NCBI GenBank assembly: GCA_976226885.1
Contig: OZ320319.1
Span: 39,308,001-39,372,000 of the forward strand
Direction of reading: 5' to 3'
Source of the DNA: Iphione sp. A-MEVVRFRX5
Taxonomy: Eukaryota
Length of the DNA stretch: 64,000 bases
Shown: in pieces, positions 38,600-53,183 of the stretch
Layout: each line of letters starts with the position of its first letter
Position numbering within the stretch: position 1 is the first letter of the stretch
The notes under the pieces: model-generated
Database searches by the model: none
The model's input: only the letters and a program-made list of their open reading frames with translations
Told to the model about the DNA's origin: nothing
Program-made: the position numbers and the translations under genes

Positions 38600-39800
38600 A
38601 GTGTGTTGCTGGAGAGATAAAGGGCCTGTTTCCACCCTTCCTTTATTGATATGTCCAAGGCATTCAACCTCGTAGATCATATTTTGGTTTTATCAAAATT
38701 ATATGCCTATGGGTATAGAGGTCAGGTTTTAAAATGGTTTAAGGATTATCTATGTGGAAGATCTCAAAGATTTGAATGTAATGGTAAGATATTGTAAGCA
38801 GGTCAATATCCTGTAGAGTGCCCCAAGGGTCTATACTCAGGCTCTGGCTATTTTTAATATTAACAAATAATATTTTTGATGTATCTTTTCCAAGTAAAAT
38901 TATAGCTTATGCAGATAATGTGACGATTGTAACTACGGGGTCGAATGCCTAATTACAAAGATGCAATACTCAATACAGAGAGTACAGAATTGGTGCAAAC
39001 AGAATGGATTGATTTTGAATGAATCAAAATCCAAGGTTATGGCTTTTGGAAAGGCTTTTAGGCTTAAATTTAGAGTTAAGACTGTCCTAGAACTGGAAGA
39101 ATTTAAATCTTTAGGTATTCATTTGGATAATAAATTGACAGTGTCCAATATGGTAACACACAAAATTAGTAAATTAAGTTCAGTTTGTTTTTTGTTGAGA
39201 AGTGCTGTATTTGTGGATGGCAAGCTGCAAACGAAATTGTTTACGGCTCATGTTGCCCCATATTTAGATTATGGATTATGCTTTTTTGGCTGGTTTAAAA
39301 ATGACAGATTATGCTTGCCTAAGGCAAGCCTGGTACAGGTCAATTAGATGTGGTGTACTCTGGTTCAGTGCAACTTCAAGAGAAGTAGATGAATGGTTGT
39401 CAAATAATAGAATGAAATCACTCGAGTCAAGATTGGAGTATCATCTACTATTGTTGATCACTAATCTATATGAATTGTCTATTTGTAATGAGAGATTAAG
39501 ATCAAACACAAAGTGTGGTGAGATAATTCAATTGAATATGGTAGCACCACACAACCATACCCATTCAAAGAGTTTTTTAGTCAAGGGGATACAAAATGGA
39601 ATTCACTCCCTAGGGATGTGTTGTTAGGAGATAGTACTATTTGTAGGTATTTGAAGAAAATGAGATATACATGGTAATAGATATTAATTTTGTTCAAAGG
39701 CAGCCTATTGACTGGAGTAAGTCATGAGCTGAGTGATTTACTGTAAGACATCTATTGTAGATGAAGTTTTTGACTCAATAAACTATTTTTCAATTCAATA
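38600..39800 (+). mobile_element. 5'-truncated, degenerate non-LTR retrotransposon (CR1/L2-like) reverse transcriptase with 3' tail
   Basis: FIDMSKAFNLVDH (motif A), LKWFKDYLCGRSQ, VPQGSILRLWLF (motif B), AYADN (YADD), NWCKQNGLILNESKSKVM, FKSLGIHLDNKL, HVAPYLDYG. Contains stops and frameshifts; ends CTCAATAAAC...TTCAATTCAA. Confidence 0.93.
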
Positions 39801-41811
39801 GATCGATGCAGATTTTTCTCCCCACATTTGTTTTTGGGTGAAATTTAAGTATTTATGTATTTTGTCCAAAACGTGTGCAATTGTACTGTGTTTATTCAAA
39901 TGATATGCTTATTAGATCCATGCTGACATGATATAGCATAATTATGTTAAACCTGGTCCTAAAGCCATTTCCCACACTACCTATGCATTTGAATTACTTG
40001 GTGTGAATTAACAAGCATTGTCTACGAACGAATAACGCAAACGTAACTGAAACCCAAGACATTCATGCAATGCAGGTATAGAAATCACTCTATTGGATTG
40101 GCTTGGTTCTTTAAACGTGAAATGCAAATACAATGCATATACAACACAAATGCAACTTATTCACGTAATCACGTAAACTGGCCATAATCGGAGCAATTTG
40201 TTTCTTGAGTAGGGGCACTGGTAGTTATGTCTTTAAATAGATCATGAAAAATAATCAAGTAATTAAGCAGGCGGCCTTATAGAAAATAATTGCGGAGTGG
40301 TGCGACCAGACTAATCTGCAATACTGGACAACGCATTTCTGATGGAATACCAGATAATTCACTCTACTATATCTTAGTTGCTTTAGTTGCCGGTGGAATT
40401 TGCGTAGTTGACAGAGAGAATTTTGACATAAGATTGAAATGTAGAAACATCCGTTTTCTATTTAACTTCCCGTATACATGTACATGTGAGTTTTCCTTGG
40501 TTTTCTCCTATCTCTAATGTACCTGGATACAGGTCTTTGTTACCGCTATTGTTTGTGAGAAAAGGATAAACACGTAAATACTACCAGGTGCACTAATGAT
40601 TAGCTGCAGGCAGAGATTGACTAAGAATCAGTGTCAGGAATCGTTCAGGAAAGTACATGTAATCCTTACTGATTCTTTTGCAGGAATTGTGAATATGGCT
40701 GTATCTCTAACTATTTCTTCACATTCTTACTTTTAGGGCACAGTACATTATTGGGATTATTCCTCCCACTCTTTATATTATTAGATTATACACTTGCACA
40801 GATGTTTCATGGTGCATTCCACGTTTGTTGTTCTTCATGAAAGACAAACATTATAATCGTTTCAAGTAAATTAAGCCTCAGATAAGAAAAAAAATGGTAA
40901 TCGTCTTTGTCTACATCAGATTGCTATCAGACGCCGTAAGCAGATAGCCAATTATGAACTAATCAAACCAATTACACGATGTGAGAGGCTGCGTTCGTAA
41001 GATACTTTGGATGTCTGTAAACCTTTCCTGAATGAGTGACATGCGAATAGTAACAGTGCAATCTATCAACTAAAGATCAGTCAAACGTTTTTAAAATGAA
41101 TCTATTCCCTTAAAGGACTGCTATACAGGAGTACCTGATGTGCCTTTTGTGTATTGAGGATTCCGTCTTGGTCGACGAGTGAATAGCCTCAGGGCAAGGC
41201 GTGTGCTTTGAACATCAACAGGAAATATTTTCACTGTAACTTTTTAGACAGGAAATATATTTTTACAGTAGTTTCCTATGTCATCCAAGAGGAACATAAT
41301 TTCGTATATAAATGATATAAATACATTTACATATATACGTTACACACACTTGCCGTTGACTTGGCAGAAAGCATTTGAGAAACGTTGAAGTTTCATTTAA
41401 CTTTGAATACTGAGCTAGGGCTTTTTAATGGAGATAAGGTGTGTCAATGTATCAAACTAAAACCAGAACAAATCAAGGCCAGGTTTTGTAGGTTTGCAGA
41501 AGGGGTGAGCTGGTAAAATGGAACAGCCAGTGCGAGCCCCAGTGTCAAGGCCACTCATGCGGTTATATCCAAAGTGCATTCAGCGCCTAAAATCTAAAAA
41601 TGTAAACATTTGTGTATACTGGATGGAACGAGAGTGCCATCTCCTCACTAAAAGTTTCATTTAAGTTATGTAGAGTCAAATAAGGAATTCCCTTTTTCTG
41701 GACAGCAAGTACTTTCACAATGCTGTATATGGTTGGCGGTAACCTTTAGGCACGGGCCCTTTCGTTATCAGTGTTAACGTGTTCTTAAGGGTAATGTGCA
41801 AACCTGATCAG

Positions 41812-41883
41812 AGAAGGAGGTGGAAGAAGAGTCTGTTAGGTGCCCTATGAGGCAGGCAGTACTAGTGGAACCAGATTCACAAG
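41812..41883 (+). CDS. Candidate symmetric exon (KEVEEESVRCPMRQAVLVEPDSQ)
   Basis: 72 nt, phase 1-1, donor AAG|GTAATC. Acceptor pyrimidine tract is poor. Confidence 0.2.
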
Positions 41884-44727
41884 GTAATCTGGGTGCTATA
41901 TCTACTTTATTTACTCAGAATAATGTCACCCAATACAAAATACTTATCATACTACTATCGTAGCCCCCTTCCTCTTTATCTAGTCCTGAGTCTCGATTAT
42001 AGTATACATGGCCCTATCTTTCAATTTGCTTTGTTGTTACCTATAGATATTAAGCAGTAAATACATTCAGTGCTTTATAAACCACATCCAGGTTTGTACT
42101 TTCTAAATCACATTCTTGTTAGCTACATAGCCTTATAGCTTTGCTGCGTACCTTGTTATACATGCATATGTGCATTTTCTTACTGGGATGAACATCTGGA
42201 AAACCCACAGGCAATAAATCAACCAATATAAGCCCAGCTTAAATGACAATGTATAGCTTACTTCAAAATGACTTCACTCAGCAACAGCATCGCATGGTAC
42301 AGAATTTATTTCATGCATATACAGTATGCTGTGTATTTAACGGGAGCGTCTGAGATACATATTTCCAGATTATTTGAGACACTGTATATAGCCAATTTAC
42401 TGGTGCACCTTCATAATACACTTGAAAGCTGAGTCGGTTGTTGACATCTCTATGTGGCGTTTATTGAAAGTGTATTGGAGAATGTAATCGCACATCGTTC
42501 ATGTAGCTTGGTGTACGTATGAGGCGCACAGTAAACGAAAATGTATCTTTGAAGAACGTTCTCTCCACAGTAGAGCGCCAGAATATTTGGCTCCGTCCCT
42601 AACTTTGTCATCTGGTAGGTAACCGCCACACGCGCGGGACACGCACGCGTTTGGGAAGTGTAGTGAGTCACTTAACTGGAACTACTTTTTAAAAAAATCT
42701 TTCATAGCTGCGCTTTGATATATGATTCACATGGCGCACGCCAGCAACCTTCTGTTGACTGCTTGCATGCTCGCGTTGGCCCCACCCTCGGCCCTGCACA
42801 ACAGGGTCATCCACTTCGGTTTTTCCCATCATTGCCTGCCTCCGTCCCCCTTGACTTTTGTAACCACGTCGTGCAGAGGTCAACAGAACGTGGTGCTCAT
42901 GCGCCAAGGGTTCTCCTCCTCGCCTATTCACCGGCAGACATATGTTGGGGGTGTCAATCGGTGTGCTGCGACCATCTTTTACTCGAGGCACAAAAGGTCT
43001 GACATGAGCTCATTCAAAGGTAATTAGATTTCTCAGGGAGGCCCCGCCCTCTCTTGGAAATTGATTGACAGTCGCCCCAGGATAGGATGGACCACCGTGC
43101 GTACTGCTGTATTGGAAAGGAGTAAGGGGGGGGGGTCACACAATCACACTCCTAGAAAAAAAGGGGGCCGTAGAGGGTGTTCAGGGAGTGTTCAATACAG
43201 ATCGACGAGCGCTCCTCCCATGAATGCCGTGACCGCAGTGTCCTGGCGAATGGCATTAAGGTTCACTGCAGCAGCCATGGTGACTATTGTCGTTGCCTTC
43301 AACGACAGATTAAAGTTAATCAACGTTTGAACGGGCCAGATTAAGACAAAAAAGCCCATAAGCGCTGGCCAGACAAAGATGGCTATGAATGGATATGCTG
43401 TGCCCTTAGGCTTTGCACGTTTGCTTGGCAGTCCACCATCTGGCTTGATAATCTGATAACATTGATGTTTTAATAATATAGAGAGATAATTATTCGGTGT
43501 GGATGATAGCCTCCACGATGGCCCCTTCAAAAGCCATCTACAATGCCCCTCCTCCTCTTCCTCCCTGTGCACCTTCCTCCCTCCGATGAAGCCTGATAAA
43601 CATGCCTTGTGGAGACCAACTGCAGGCGCCGCGTACGACGTCTGTGGCCACACCAAGCCGCCAACGTTCTCCTGTGATTACATGATCGGAGATGTTAATC
43701 GCGTTAGATCATTCACATCGATGCTATTGTCTCAAATTTGAGCAGAGGGCCCATCAGGGACTGCCACCAGATGGCCTTAACACTAGAGATGTTGGTGGCA
43801 CGGCCCCACACAAGTGACAAGACAATGATACTTAATTGTACACCAGGCTAGTGATAGTTCCGGCCCTGATCACTATCTCGGTTCCACAAAGTCGCTATCA
43901 ACCGATCGATGTTGACGTTGTTATGGGAACATGACTGCTGGGTCAGGAAACTTTCCATCGTTAAGTCTTATCGCTATGAAAAGACAGATTTTTTAGAGTA
44001 AACAGTATGCTGTAGCAACAGAAAACCAAAAAATTGGTTCCGTTATGGTATAAAGATGATTGAGCGAGCACGATGAGAGAACCGGTTTACGAGAGTTACA
44101 ACCTTCACGTCGGTTGTTGACGCAACCGAACTCGAAGCAATAAATCCCATCTGGTTAATTATCGCTTCGTGTAGACAGGCGTTTCACATCCACATATCTC
44201 AGTTCATTTGAAACTATTGCAAGTAGCGAAATTTAAAAAAAACTGAAAAAGAATAGATTGTTGAAGAGTATCGTGGACAACTTTCAATTAAACGAATCGG
44301 CTTACAACCATGAACACTTTGTAATTGTGGTGGTGAGGTACCCAGCCAAGTTGCGGTATAAATGCTTTGATGAATAAATAAGATAAATAATCCTGTCGAA
44401 GCAGAACATCCCTTTGTCAGAATTGCACTTGATTGAGTATGCTAATAACAAACTGGTAAAAAAATAGCAGAGTTTCGTAATTGAACTAAGGCACACACTA
44501 TTCCTCACTGTCTGATGCGCTAGCTTTTTAGAGGTCCCTGCGGAATGGGACAAAAGTTGGGATGCACTGTTAGGCTTTAGCCAGTCAAGACCTCAGGGAG
44601 CCCCTCTAGAGGCTTCAACCATGGTCCGGTGACTTGCCACCCCTGGAACCATCCAGTCAGTTGTTAATCAGCAGTTATGACAATAGATCACTCACCCCGC
44701 CCTCTATCGTCGTGTTAAAAAAGTCAC

Positions 44728-44913
44728 CCCACCACCCAGCAGCTGTCGCGACGCATCGTCGTTGGCGCCATCCTGACTTCCGTTGAGCCTGCGCATAGCT
44801 TTTGTTGGCCCTCGATGTCGGGACAGTAGAGTCCTCTCAGCCATGGTTTTCTGGAGCGGCCTGTCAACAATGCACCGACGACGCCCTGACACAAAGGATG
44901 CTGCCGTGTCCAT
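44728..44913 (-). CDS. Candidate first coding exon (MDTAASFVSGRRRCIVDRPLQKTMAERTLLSRHRGPTKAMRRLNGSQDGANDDASRQLLGGG)
   Basis: 62 codons in a GC-rich patch, donor GGG|GTGACT, phase 0. Confidence 0.22.
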
Positions 44914-47109
44914 GGAAATAATGTCATCTGTGTCAGTAGTATGCCGGTGCCAAAAGACAAAGGCATCGCCGGAGTGCGACGAGTGTAAAATGACACTCTT
45001 GTTCGATGCTGTGGTGCTATTCTATGAGAAGCCCTGATCCCTTACAGCCACAAATATATGCGAGTGTGAAATATTTGAAGTTATTGGTGAATGCAGACTC
45101 AAAAATGTAAATGTTGCTATTAAGGTTTCCAAGGAGTGAGGAGGCGAACAAGTTAGATGTTTGTTCTTTCAAACAATTAGCCATAATGTTGACCTCAAAC
45201 AAAAACATACAGACCGATCAAACATTACTATTTACTCAACACACAGAGTATTACAATAACATTGAATGTGGCGGCCACTACAACATTCCATTTATATTCC
45301 TACACGTGAGTTCCATTCATTAATTTAAAGCGATCATCCCTCGGTCATCGGCCCATGCAGTCAATGAGAATGTATGCTTTGTGAGCGGCCCAGACAAAAC
45401 ATCATTAAGGCGAATTAAAATGGCAATTAGGAGGGGAGGTGACCCAGATAGATGTAGTGGCTGGTGGCCTGTTGATAGATCGCCAACTCATCGCTGATTC
45501 GTTAGAGTAAGGATGGTAGATCGATAGGCCGTAGTAGCTGTCATACTGATGAAAGAGGCCCTCATGAATGTAGACATCAAGTGTACTATAGCAGTGTAAA
45601 CTTTCCTTCTTTTTTATATATGTATGAAACTTTACGTTTCTCTTTCCTTCATACTCTGAAACACTAAGAATAGATTATTGTTTCATTTCTTCAAAAGTCA
45701 TGCATGCCGTGCGTCCTAGATGCGGTTATATTAAAGCATTGGTGAAGGCGAGCATGGGCAGAAAAAAAGAGACGGAATGGTAACTTCAAAAGAGCCTGAC
45801 GCGAAATAGAAGAATGTTTTTTTACTTCCTATGGTGCGACCGCCTTTGAATCCGTTATCTTCGGTTACTTTAAGATTCTTTTTTAAAAAAACTGGGCGTT
45901 CTCTGATATTAAGCCCAACTCAGTCATACGTGTCTTTGTCAGGCTTCACGAGTTACTGTTGCTTCTCTGATTATTGTATAAGGAGGTCAGAATTCCCTAT
46001 ACACATACTCGGAAAGGTTCATACATGTTCAGGAGACGGTAACCAGATACGTTTATGCCATCGTTCACCCATTGCCATTTACCTGTTCAGATTAATGTAC
46101 ACAAACGTGTATTATCTACTCGACTTTTGCAGGACACATCTAGTTCATGCGCTACATACATGTACATACGTACCGTGTACATACAGTTGGTTCATCTAGC
46201 CATTCGCTTTGTCGTAATCAAGTTGAAATCACTCCTTTTATTTCATTCCAAGTAAGGCTTTAGATAAACCACTCTTGTTAAATGCATCACAAGTACTGAT
46301 GTCCAGGCTAATAGAAGTCTTCGCTTTGATAGTATTGCCTCTATTCGGAACGATCATTTTATTTTACAGCCTGCGTTATAGGGAAAATGGACATGTAGCA
46401 TGGAATATCCTATCATAACCAGACGAGGAAATCTCCAAACTGAGGGTTGTAAGCACAGTTACAAACCAAAGGTCCGAAGGGGTCACTGCCTGTGACCACA
46501 CCATTACCATCCCGTGAACCCCATGCCGACCTACAGAATGACAAACATTAGTCAATGGGACCAACCACGGCGATTGGAGAGACAGCTACGTCTCGGTGAC
46601 CTATTGTACGTCAGACCCCTGTCAAGGGTCTGCAAATTGAGAAGCTTTAGGTGAAAGGCTATGGGGTTACGCTGTTTATGTGAGAACTTATATGTGGGAA
46701 ATGATATAGAAATCTCTAACAAGACACAGTATGGTGCATACTCGAAAGGGAAAATGTTTGGATCCCACGTAAAAGTTTTGTGAGCCTCCTTTCACAGTAT
46801 TAAATTCAAGACGTGACTAGGCTCTGTTCTCATGGATGGCGACCGAGTATTTCACAGTATTAAGGGTCCACCTTTACAGGCATGACCTTGGCGTATCCTC
46901 GTAGTAATGGCTTGATACATGTGTTGAAGTTAGAATTCTGTGTGAAAACAATGAAGGTATAGCTGACGTCAGTGCTAGAAAACCTAGTGGTACAATAATG
47001 AAACTACATGTATTCAGTCATCCTAATATTCCCGAGGTACACGTAATTATTGAAGGCATTTTCTTCTGGACACTGAGTTATCTGTATCAGTGTGCAATCA
47101 GTTGCAATA

Positions 47110-48167
47110 AGGACCGAGAAAAATTAAGGTTTTTCAATATAAAAGGAGTATCTAAAGATTGATTTCTGCTGAACGACTTTAGTTTCTTCTTAATATAGAC
47201 ATATCATATATTATTTTAAAGATGGAGATTTTTACTTTATTTAAATAGTACATGTATTTCTTTGTGTCCATAAGGGTTGCCATGGCAACCAGATAAGGAT
47301 AAAGAGACCATATATCACAAAACAATTCCAACAAATTTATGATATTTTCCAAAGTATACAATGAAACAGGAGAATATATTTATATTGTTTTTAGAGGAAA
47401 ATGTCCAATTAGAAAAGTGTAAAGCAAGTGTTTTCCCACATTTTAGTACCTAATTGGTTATAATGCATAGCATTGAACAAATTGTCCATAGCTTGGAATG
47501 TGATATGTATCACCCCAAAATAGTGCATCAGCATCAGCCATGGCATCATTGATGGAAATGTGATGCATCATGGGATAGTACTAGAATGGATATAATTATA
47601 ACTTAAGAGAAAATATCAGTCAGAAATAACTTCTCATGACACAAGATGTCATATTCTTAGGAATTTTATGGAGGAAAGGAACAGAATACAGGAATTATCA
47701 TATTCTAGTTATATGTATTTATTATATTATATCACATAATATTGATGCATTTGACATGCATCCTAATGTAGATAATCATGGATCACCTTTTCACTCTATT
47801 TTTTAAGGAAGGAGTCGTAAAATACTCCAGATTTACTCACAAGATAAATGCTCAAGCACAAAATTTTTAAATTTTACTCATATTGCTGTAATTTAGCATT
47901 CTAAGGTATTTTATAAGACATATGTTCATAGATATATAGAGAAATATTTGCAACCAAGGTTTATTTATGTAATCTTGATAAGTCATGTGACTGATTCTCC
48001 ATGGCAACCCAGAGTATTTTACACAAATTCAAGTTTCAAGAGATGGCTCTCCATATGTCCTTGTTTTGTGCCAAAAATGAAATATGGGGAAGAAATTTTA
48101 TTTATTTAACCCCTACCTTGAATATTATCATTCATATGTTTACGGTAAGCCTATGGGTGGTCCTTAA
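47110..48167. mobile_element. AT-rich probable non-autonomous DNA transposon (TTAA-ended type) containing GTTGCCATGGCAAC
   Basis: Very AT-rich ~1 kb block, palindrome at 47275-47290, half copy CCATGGCAAC near 47999, possible right end GGTGGTCC|TTAA. The left TIR is unconvincing. Confidence 0.3.
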
Positions 48168-51100
48168 AGGGTTGAAACAGCATTTTTTCAGTTATATTGA
48201 AAGCCCTTTATAAATGCGCTGCAATATTCGTGTAAGGCAAATGCATTAGTTAACTCAAATACTATTTCCCTTCCAGACATTAAGATAAGGGAGCATTTAA
48301 TAATAATGGGCTCAGTTACGAAGAACCGACTGTAAGTAAAGATGTGCAAGGAAAGGTCAACCTGATGTCGCAGTCTTGATCCAGATAGTCAGATATTAAA
48401 GATATCGTTGCCCAGGTAAGTGAGGTCAGACGCTGGAAGAATTGGACAGCCGCAGTACGAGAAATTTGTGACTCGTCGTGGCCGAGTATTTCTGCGTCTC
48501 CCTCTCAGATGACTACACACAGGGATTGACAATGTTTCAGGCTTTCCCATAGTAGCTGATTTCCCTCGGGAATAAGTTCCAGGGCATATAGCACCAGGCA
48601 ATGATAACAGATATGCTTGACTTTGATGTAGTCTGTTTTGGCCTATTTTTGGTGATGTCGTCTCTCTTTACATTCGTGACATTTTATCATGTGAACACAT
48701 CACTCTAAACGTAATTATGTATACATACGTCTCCTCAAAGAAAGAGAGAACATTTTGACATTCAGGTTTTCAAGTAAACGCCTCATTTTCTGTCTAGCTC
48801 AACTGTATGGCTGACAGTCACCATACCAGATGACGAATGAGGACATTATTGTTTATGCCGTGTGCATGTATATCCTTTTTATTATGATCACTGGACTGCA
48901 AGCACAGAAGAATATCTCCACGAAGCAAAATGATAGTCAGTATTCATGTAACATGTAAATTCAGGTACTGCATAGTCCATTTACATTTTGGTTTCTAAAC
49001 AAAAGTTATTGTTTTGTCAGGAAAGGTTATCAGGTTAATCTGAATTCATGCTCCACAGCCCTTTTCAAACTGTTTGCTATTGTGAGGAAGCTGGCGCAGA
49101 ATTCCAGTATCTATTTGCTGGGAAAGACGATTGTTATTGCTGTATACATTGATGGCAGGTTTCCGGTTCTAAAAGCAAAACGGAAATCCAGATACTTTCG
49201 TCGTGAACAATACAGGGACACATGCGCTTTAAATTCACGTAATATTATGCAATTTGATAACGAATCTCATACTGAATTTGTTGTCAGTGCTTTTGCCGCC
49301 CCGTGTTTAGTTTTCCTTTGGTAACTTTATGTTTTAATGCACAGCGTTATTAAATGTTTTGTAGTAGAGTGTTGTACCCAGCGTGACCATGCAGCATCAG
49401 TGACGGGGTGGTCCCTACCCAGGAGTGCCACCTACACGCCTACATATTTTGTAGTGATACTGAGGGAAAGTTGTGGCCAGCATAACTAGTACTGTTCCTT
49501 ATTATTCATTGTTGGGGGAATATGGATGTTCTGTCCTTGGACCAGGTCCCCAACAGGTCAATATAGAGAGTCCTGAACTAGGGAATCCCTTTCCCTCAGT
49601 AAGGGCCCCAGGGGCTGCTTATGCTGTTTAGGTATCTGCTAGACTCTTGTGGTTCCGTATGGAAACTTCAGGATAGGATCCATGGATTAGAAAGCGAAAA
49701 AGGGAGCTGTGTCTGCAGATTCGACCCTGATAATCTAATCAGACAGTGCAGAGGTTTGTTTTTCATACAATCTAGGAGACTTCTGGTATATATATATATA
49801 TTTATGTGCAAAATCCTTACATAGAGGACTGGGCATCTCATGTATGTATTACCTAATGCTCTTCACGGTGTAAAGTAACAAGAAGGACAGGCAGTTCAGA
49901 GCCCTGGGAGTTGGTGAAGATGTGCAGGAATCAGACTCGGAGACATACATGTGCTCATATTGATAAGCGTATCCAGTAAAACGGAAGGGCCAAGGGAGGA
50001 TGTTCCTCACCAGGGGACGCTTTGAAGGTCAGTGAATTCCATCAAGAGAAGTCTACAGAAGGGATGTGCTTGGTCATATATACTCTGGCTGCTTATAGTT
50101 AAACAACCACTGCCCACTTCCAGGCTAGGCAGTCTCTGATGCTATGGCAAGGTGGAGCTTGCCTGGGTAGACAGTATATTCACATGAATTCAAACTCATT
50201 GTTGCAGTTAATTGGTAGTCATGGTCCTTTAGTTTGACTTTATCCAAAGTCCACAATATATAAACTAATTTCAGGCCATGATGATCCCCGTGATTCAAAT
50301 ATGTTACCATGACATATGTGTGTCCATGTCAGGCTCAATGGTGTAGATGTGTGCTCTATTATGATCCTTCAGTTCATTTTTGGCATGGCCAACATAGTTT
50401 GTCACAGTGTGTACATGTTTTAGACTATATCGGGTTCGAGCTGCAGTGAGTATCGTTAAATTTGAACATATATATGCTTAGTCCATAGTGGTATATGTAA
50501 TGTGTTCCATCTTGTCCAGTCGCGAACATTGTGGCAGTACTTCAAGGGTCACACTGTAGCAGTGTCATGTCGCCTTTAGTATAAATGATGATAGTATTTT
50601 ATGCTAATTTCAGAAATAAATTCGCAGGCAATACTTGCAGGTGTTATATCTTATAGTTATCTGTATGTTTCATATCCGATGAATTCTTTGTTGTTATTTA
50701 GCACTGTCAATACCAATCGCTATTCATTTTGATCTTTAGGATGATCAGTTGTCCCCCAAGAATATCAGGGAGAATGCATAGCATGAATGATTCATTCTTT
50801 TTAGTGGATTTTTGCCAGTGGGAGTCTTTGTTATGTAGCTGAGGATTCGCTCTTTTGCTCTAGATTAATGATAAATATTCAAGGGGGAATTGTGCCATTT
50901 ACTTGTTTCTCCTAATAGGGTGCGAACAGCCCATTTAACGCTGCCTTTTTCAGTCACACGAATTTGTCCTTCTTTGTATCGGGTTACTTGTCGCCATCAG
51001 TGTCACCAACTTCCGGAATACCTGCCGACGGCCGATAATAGATGCGGTGACCTTGCACCCAGTGTCGGTTAACACTGGGCGGCACGTGTTGTTCACCATA

Positions 51101-51735
51101 ACTCATTAACTAATGGTCAAAAGACAACCATCATTAGGCTCAGAGACACGGGAGCACAACACGTGAAGGCGCCATGGTTGGCTCATGTTACAGCGCCGCA
51201 GTGCCCATCCGACCGGAACAGGCATTATCGCGTGCGTTATCGCGGGGGGGGGGGAGGGGAGGCAGCCAATGCAAGCGCACCCGATGATTTGTAAAATTCA
51301 AATTCATCAGTTTTTTTAACCCTTTCGAACAGGGTCAACGAGGTTCGCCTGTTCCTGTTCACATGAGAACACGTCATTTGCGGGACTATGGCCTGGTTGC
51401 ATGTAGAGAATATGACAGACCCCACTACTGGTTGGGTTTTTTTCCCGATGTGGTCCGTAGCTATCAACGGTGAATAAAAAGATAATTTTCGTTACGTGTT
51501 CGCACAGAAGCTCTAATATCAAAATTGGTTACGTTTTACTATACGCAGTTTAAGTGGCTTTTGGGTTTGTTTTGATCTTTCGGTGAGCACTTAGCAAGTC
51601 ATTAACTTAGACACTCACCCATATGCATCGGCATGCACATACGTACGTTTACACACATACTCATGTATGGGTTAGCTTACATGGTGGGCCCAAACAAAAT
51701 TGTTGCTCGCCTACCCTTCATATTCTTCCCTCTAG

Positions 51736-51843
51736 TGGGAGCTATCGAGGATGGCCACCCGGGAGCAACTCACTCAATTACCACGAAATGGGCGCGAGCA
51801 ACTCGATCCCTTCCACCAATGAAGTGTCAGACTTAATTACTTA
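51736..51843 (+). CDS. Candidate symmetric exon (GSYRGWPPGSNSLNYHEMGASNSIPSTNEVSDLIT)
   Basis: Acceptor TTCTTCCCTCTAG, donor TA|GTGAGT, 108 nt, phase 2-2. Confidence 0.3.
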
Positions 51844-52719
51844 GTGAGTTGATTAACAGCGTATTGTCCCAGGCCTAGATAAAGGCCTCCCGGGCTGGTA
51901 TCAGCTCGAAGCATTAGGGGCAGCACAGTAGGGCGTGACGTCCCTAGTATGGGCTCTAACCAGGGGCGTCGCTGACGTTAATGTCTGTCCGTCTGTCTCT
52001 CGCCACGTCTCTCTCTGTATGCTGCTCTATCAGCATTCTGCCACAGGCACCAAACTGAAGCTCAGATGGAGAAGATCCAAATAAGCATATATTTCTCAAG
52101 TATGTTCTAAAAACCACTGTGTCCGATGGCAAAAAGGTTCCACTTGCGCTTCAATGCGAACCCATTTCCCTTCCAATTTAAGCCCAAACGTGATCCTTTT
52201 TAGAGGCCTAAAGTGTATATGAAAATGTAGAAAAATAAATGTTAGTCAGAGATATGTATTCTGATTCAGCGTATTTCTTATACAGGAAGCATGTCAAAAA
52301 TGCTTATTTTGCGCCCATGGTGTAATTTGCACATTTTCGGAACTGTGCTGTACATTTTCAGATTTTGTACCCATCTTTCAGCAGGTTTTGAGCAATTCCC
52401 GATTTGCACTTCTAAAGTGTACACAATTCTACAATGTGAAATCGAAGAGAGAGGGTTCCTATGATTGTTTTCCTCACCTCCCTTTCCGTCTCTCGTCGTA
52501 TGCATTTCCCTACCCCACTGCCTTCCCAATTATAAGTGCAATGCCGAAAATGTGCAGTGTAATTCGAAATTGCACAAGCCCGCTTTGGTGCATAGCAAAC
52601 TACATGAAATACATGTACTTAAGATGAATACCCTGTACCTCAGAGAGCATACTTATGTAAGACTAGCAATGTCCTGCTTAAGTGCTTCAGGATGAATAAA
52701 GTTTATACAAAATAGAAAG

Positions 52720-52895
52720 TATAGAGTCATCTTAGGCACACATCTTCGATAGGGATATGCCTCTAATAGGGACACCTTTGAGAAGAACAGATTCTACTTT
52801 CCCTGTATTAAAATAAGGCACACGTCTTAATCGGCGATAATTTGAGAAAGAGCGACAGGTGTCCCGATTAGAGATTTGTATAGAGAGAGTGGCCC
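52720..52895. mobile_element. Diverged MITE copy homologous to 20436-20618 (opposite orientation)
   Basis: CTCTAATAGGGACAC, GAAGAACAGATT and GGTGTCC(C/T)GATTAGAG are shared with the reverse complement of the 20.5-kb copy. Confidence 0.6.
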
Positions 52896-53183
52896 CCTTG
52901 TAACTGACATTCTTTGCTTCTGACTGTCTATACAGGAATTGTCGGCTGTAGAGTCTATCTTTTATTAGCAGTTTATATAGTTAACAAATTTTTGTTTCTC
53001 CAAAGTGTAGTCGGTTCGATACATGTAGTATTGTCCCCTAGGATTATAGTCAATTGAGAGACCACTGTATATGTTAGCTTTGCTTACAGAATGGTGTTGT
53101 ACGAGCTACTGATAGAAATGCTAACTTGTACCAAATGGTATGTCCATCTGTCTTAAATCTATACATCTTCATCCTTCCGACAG

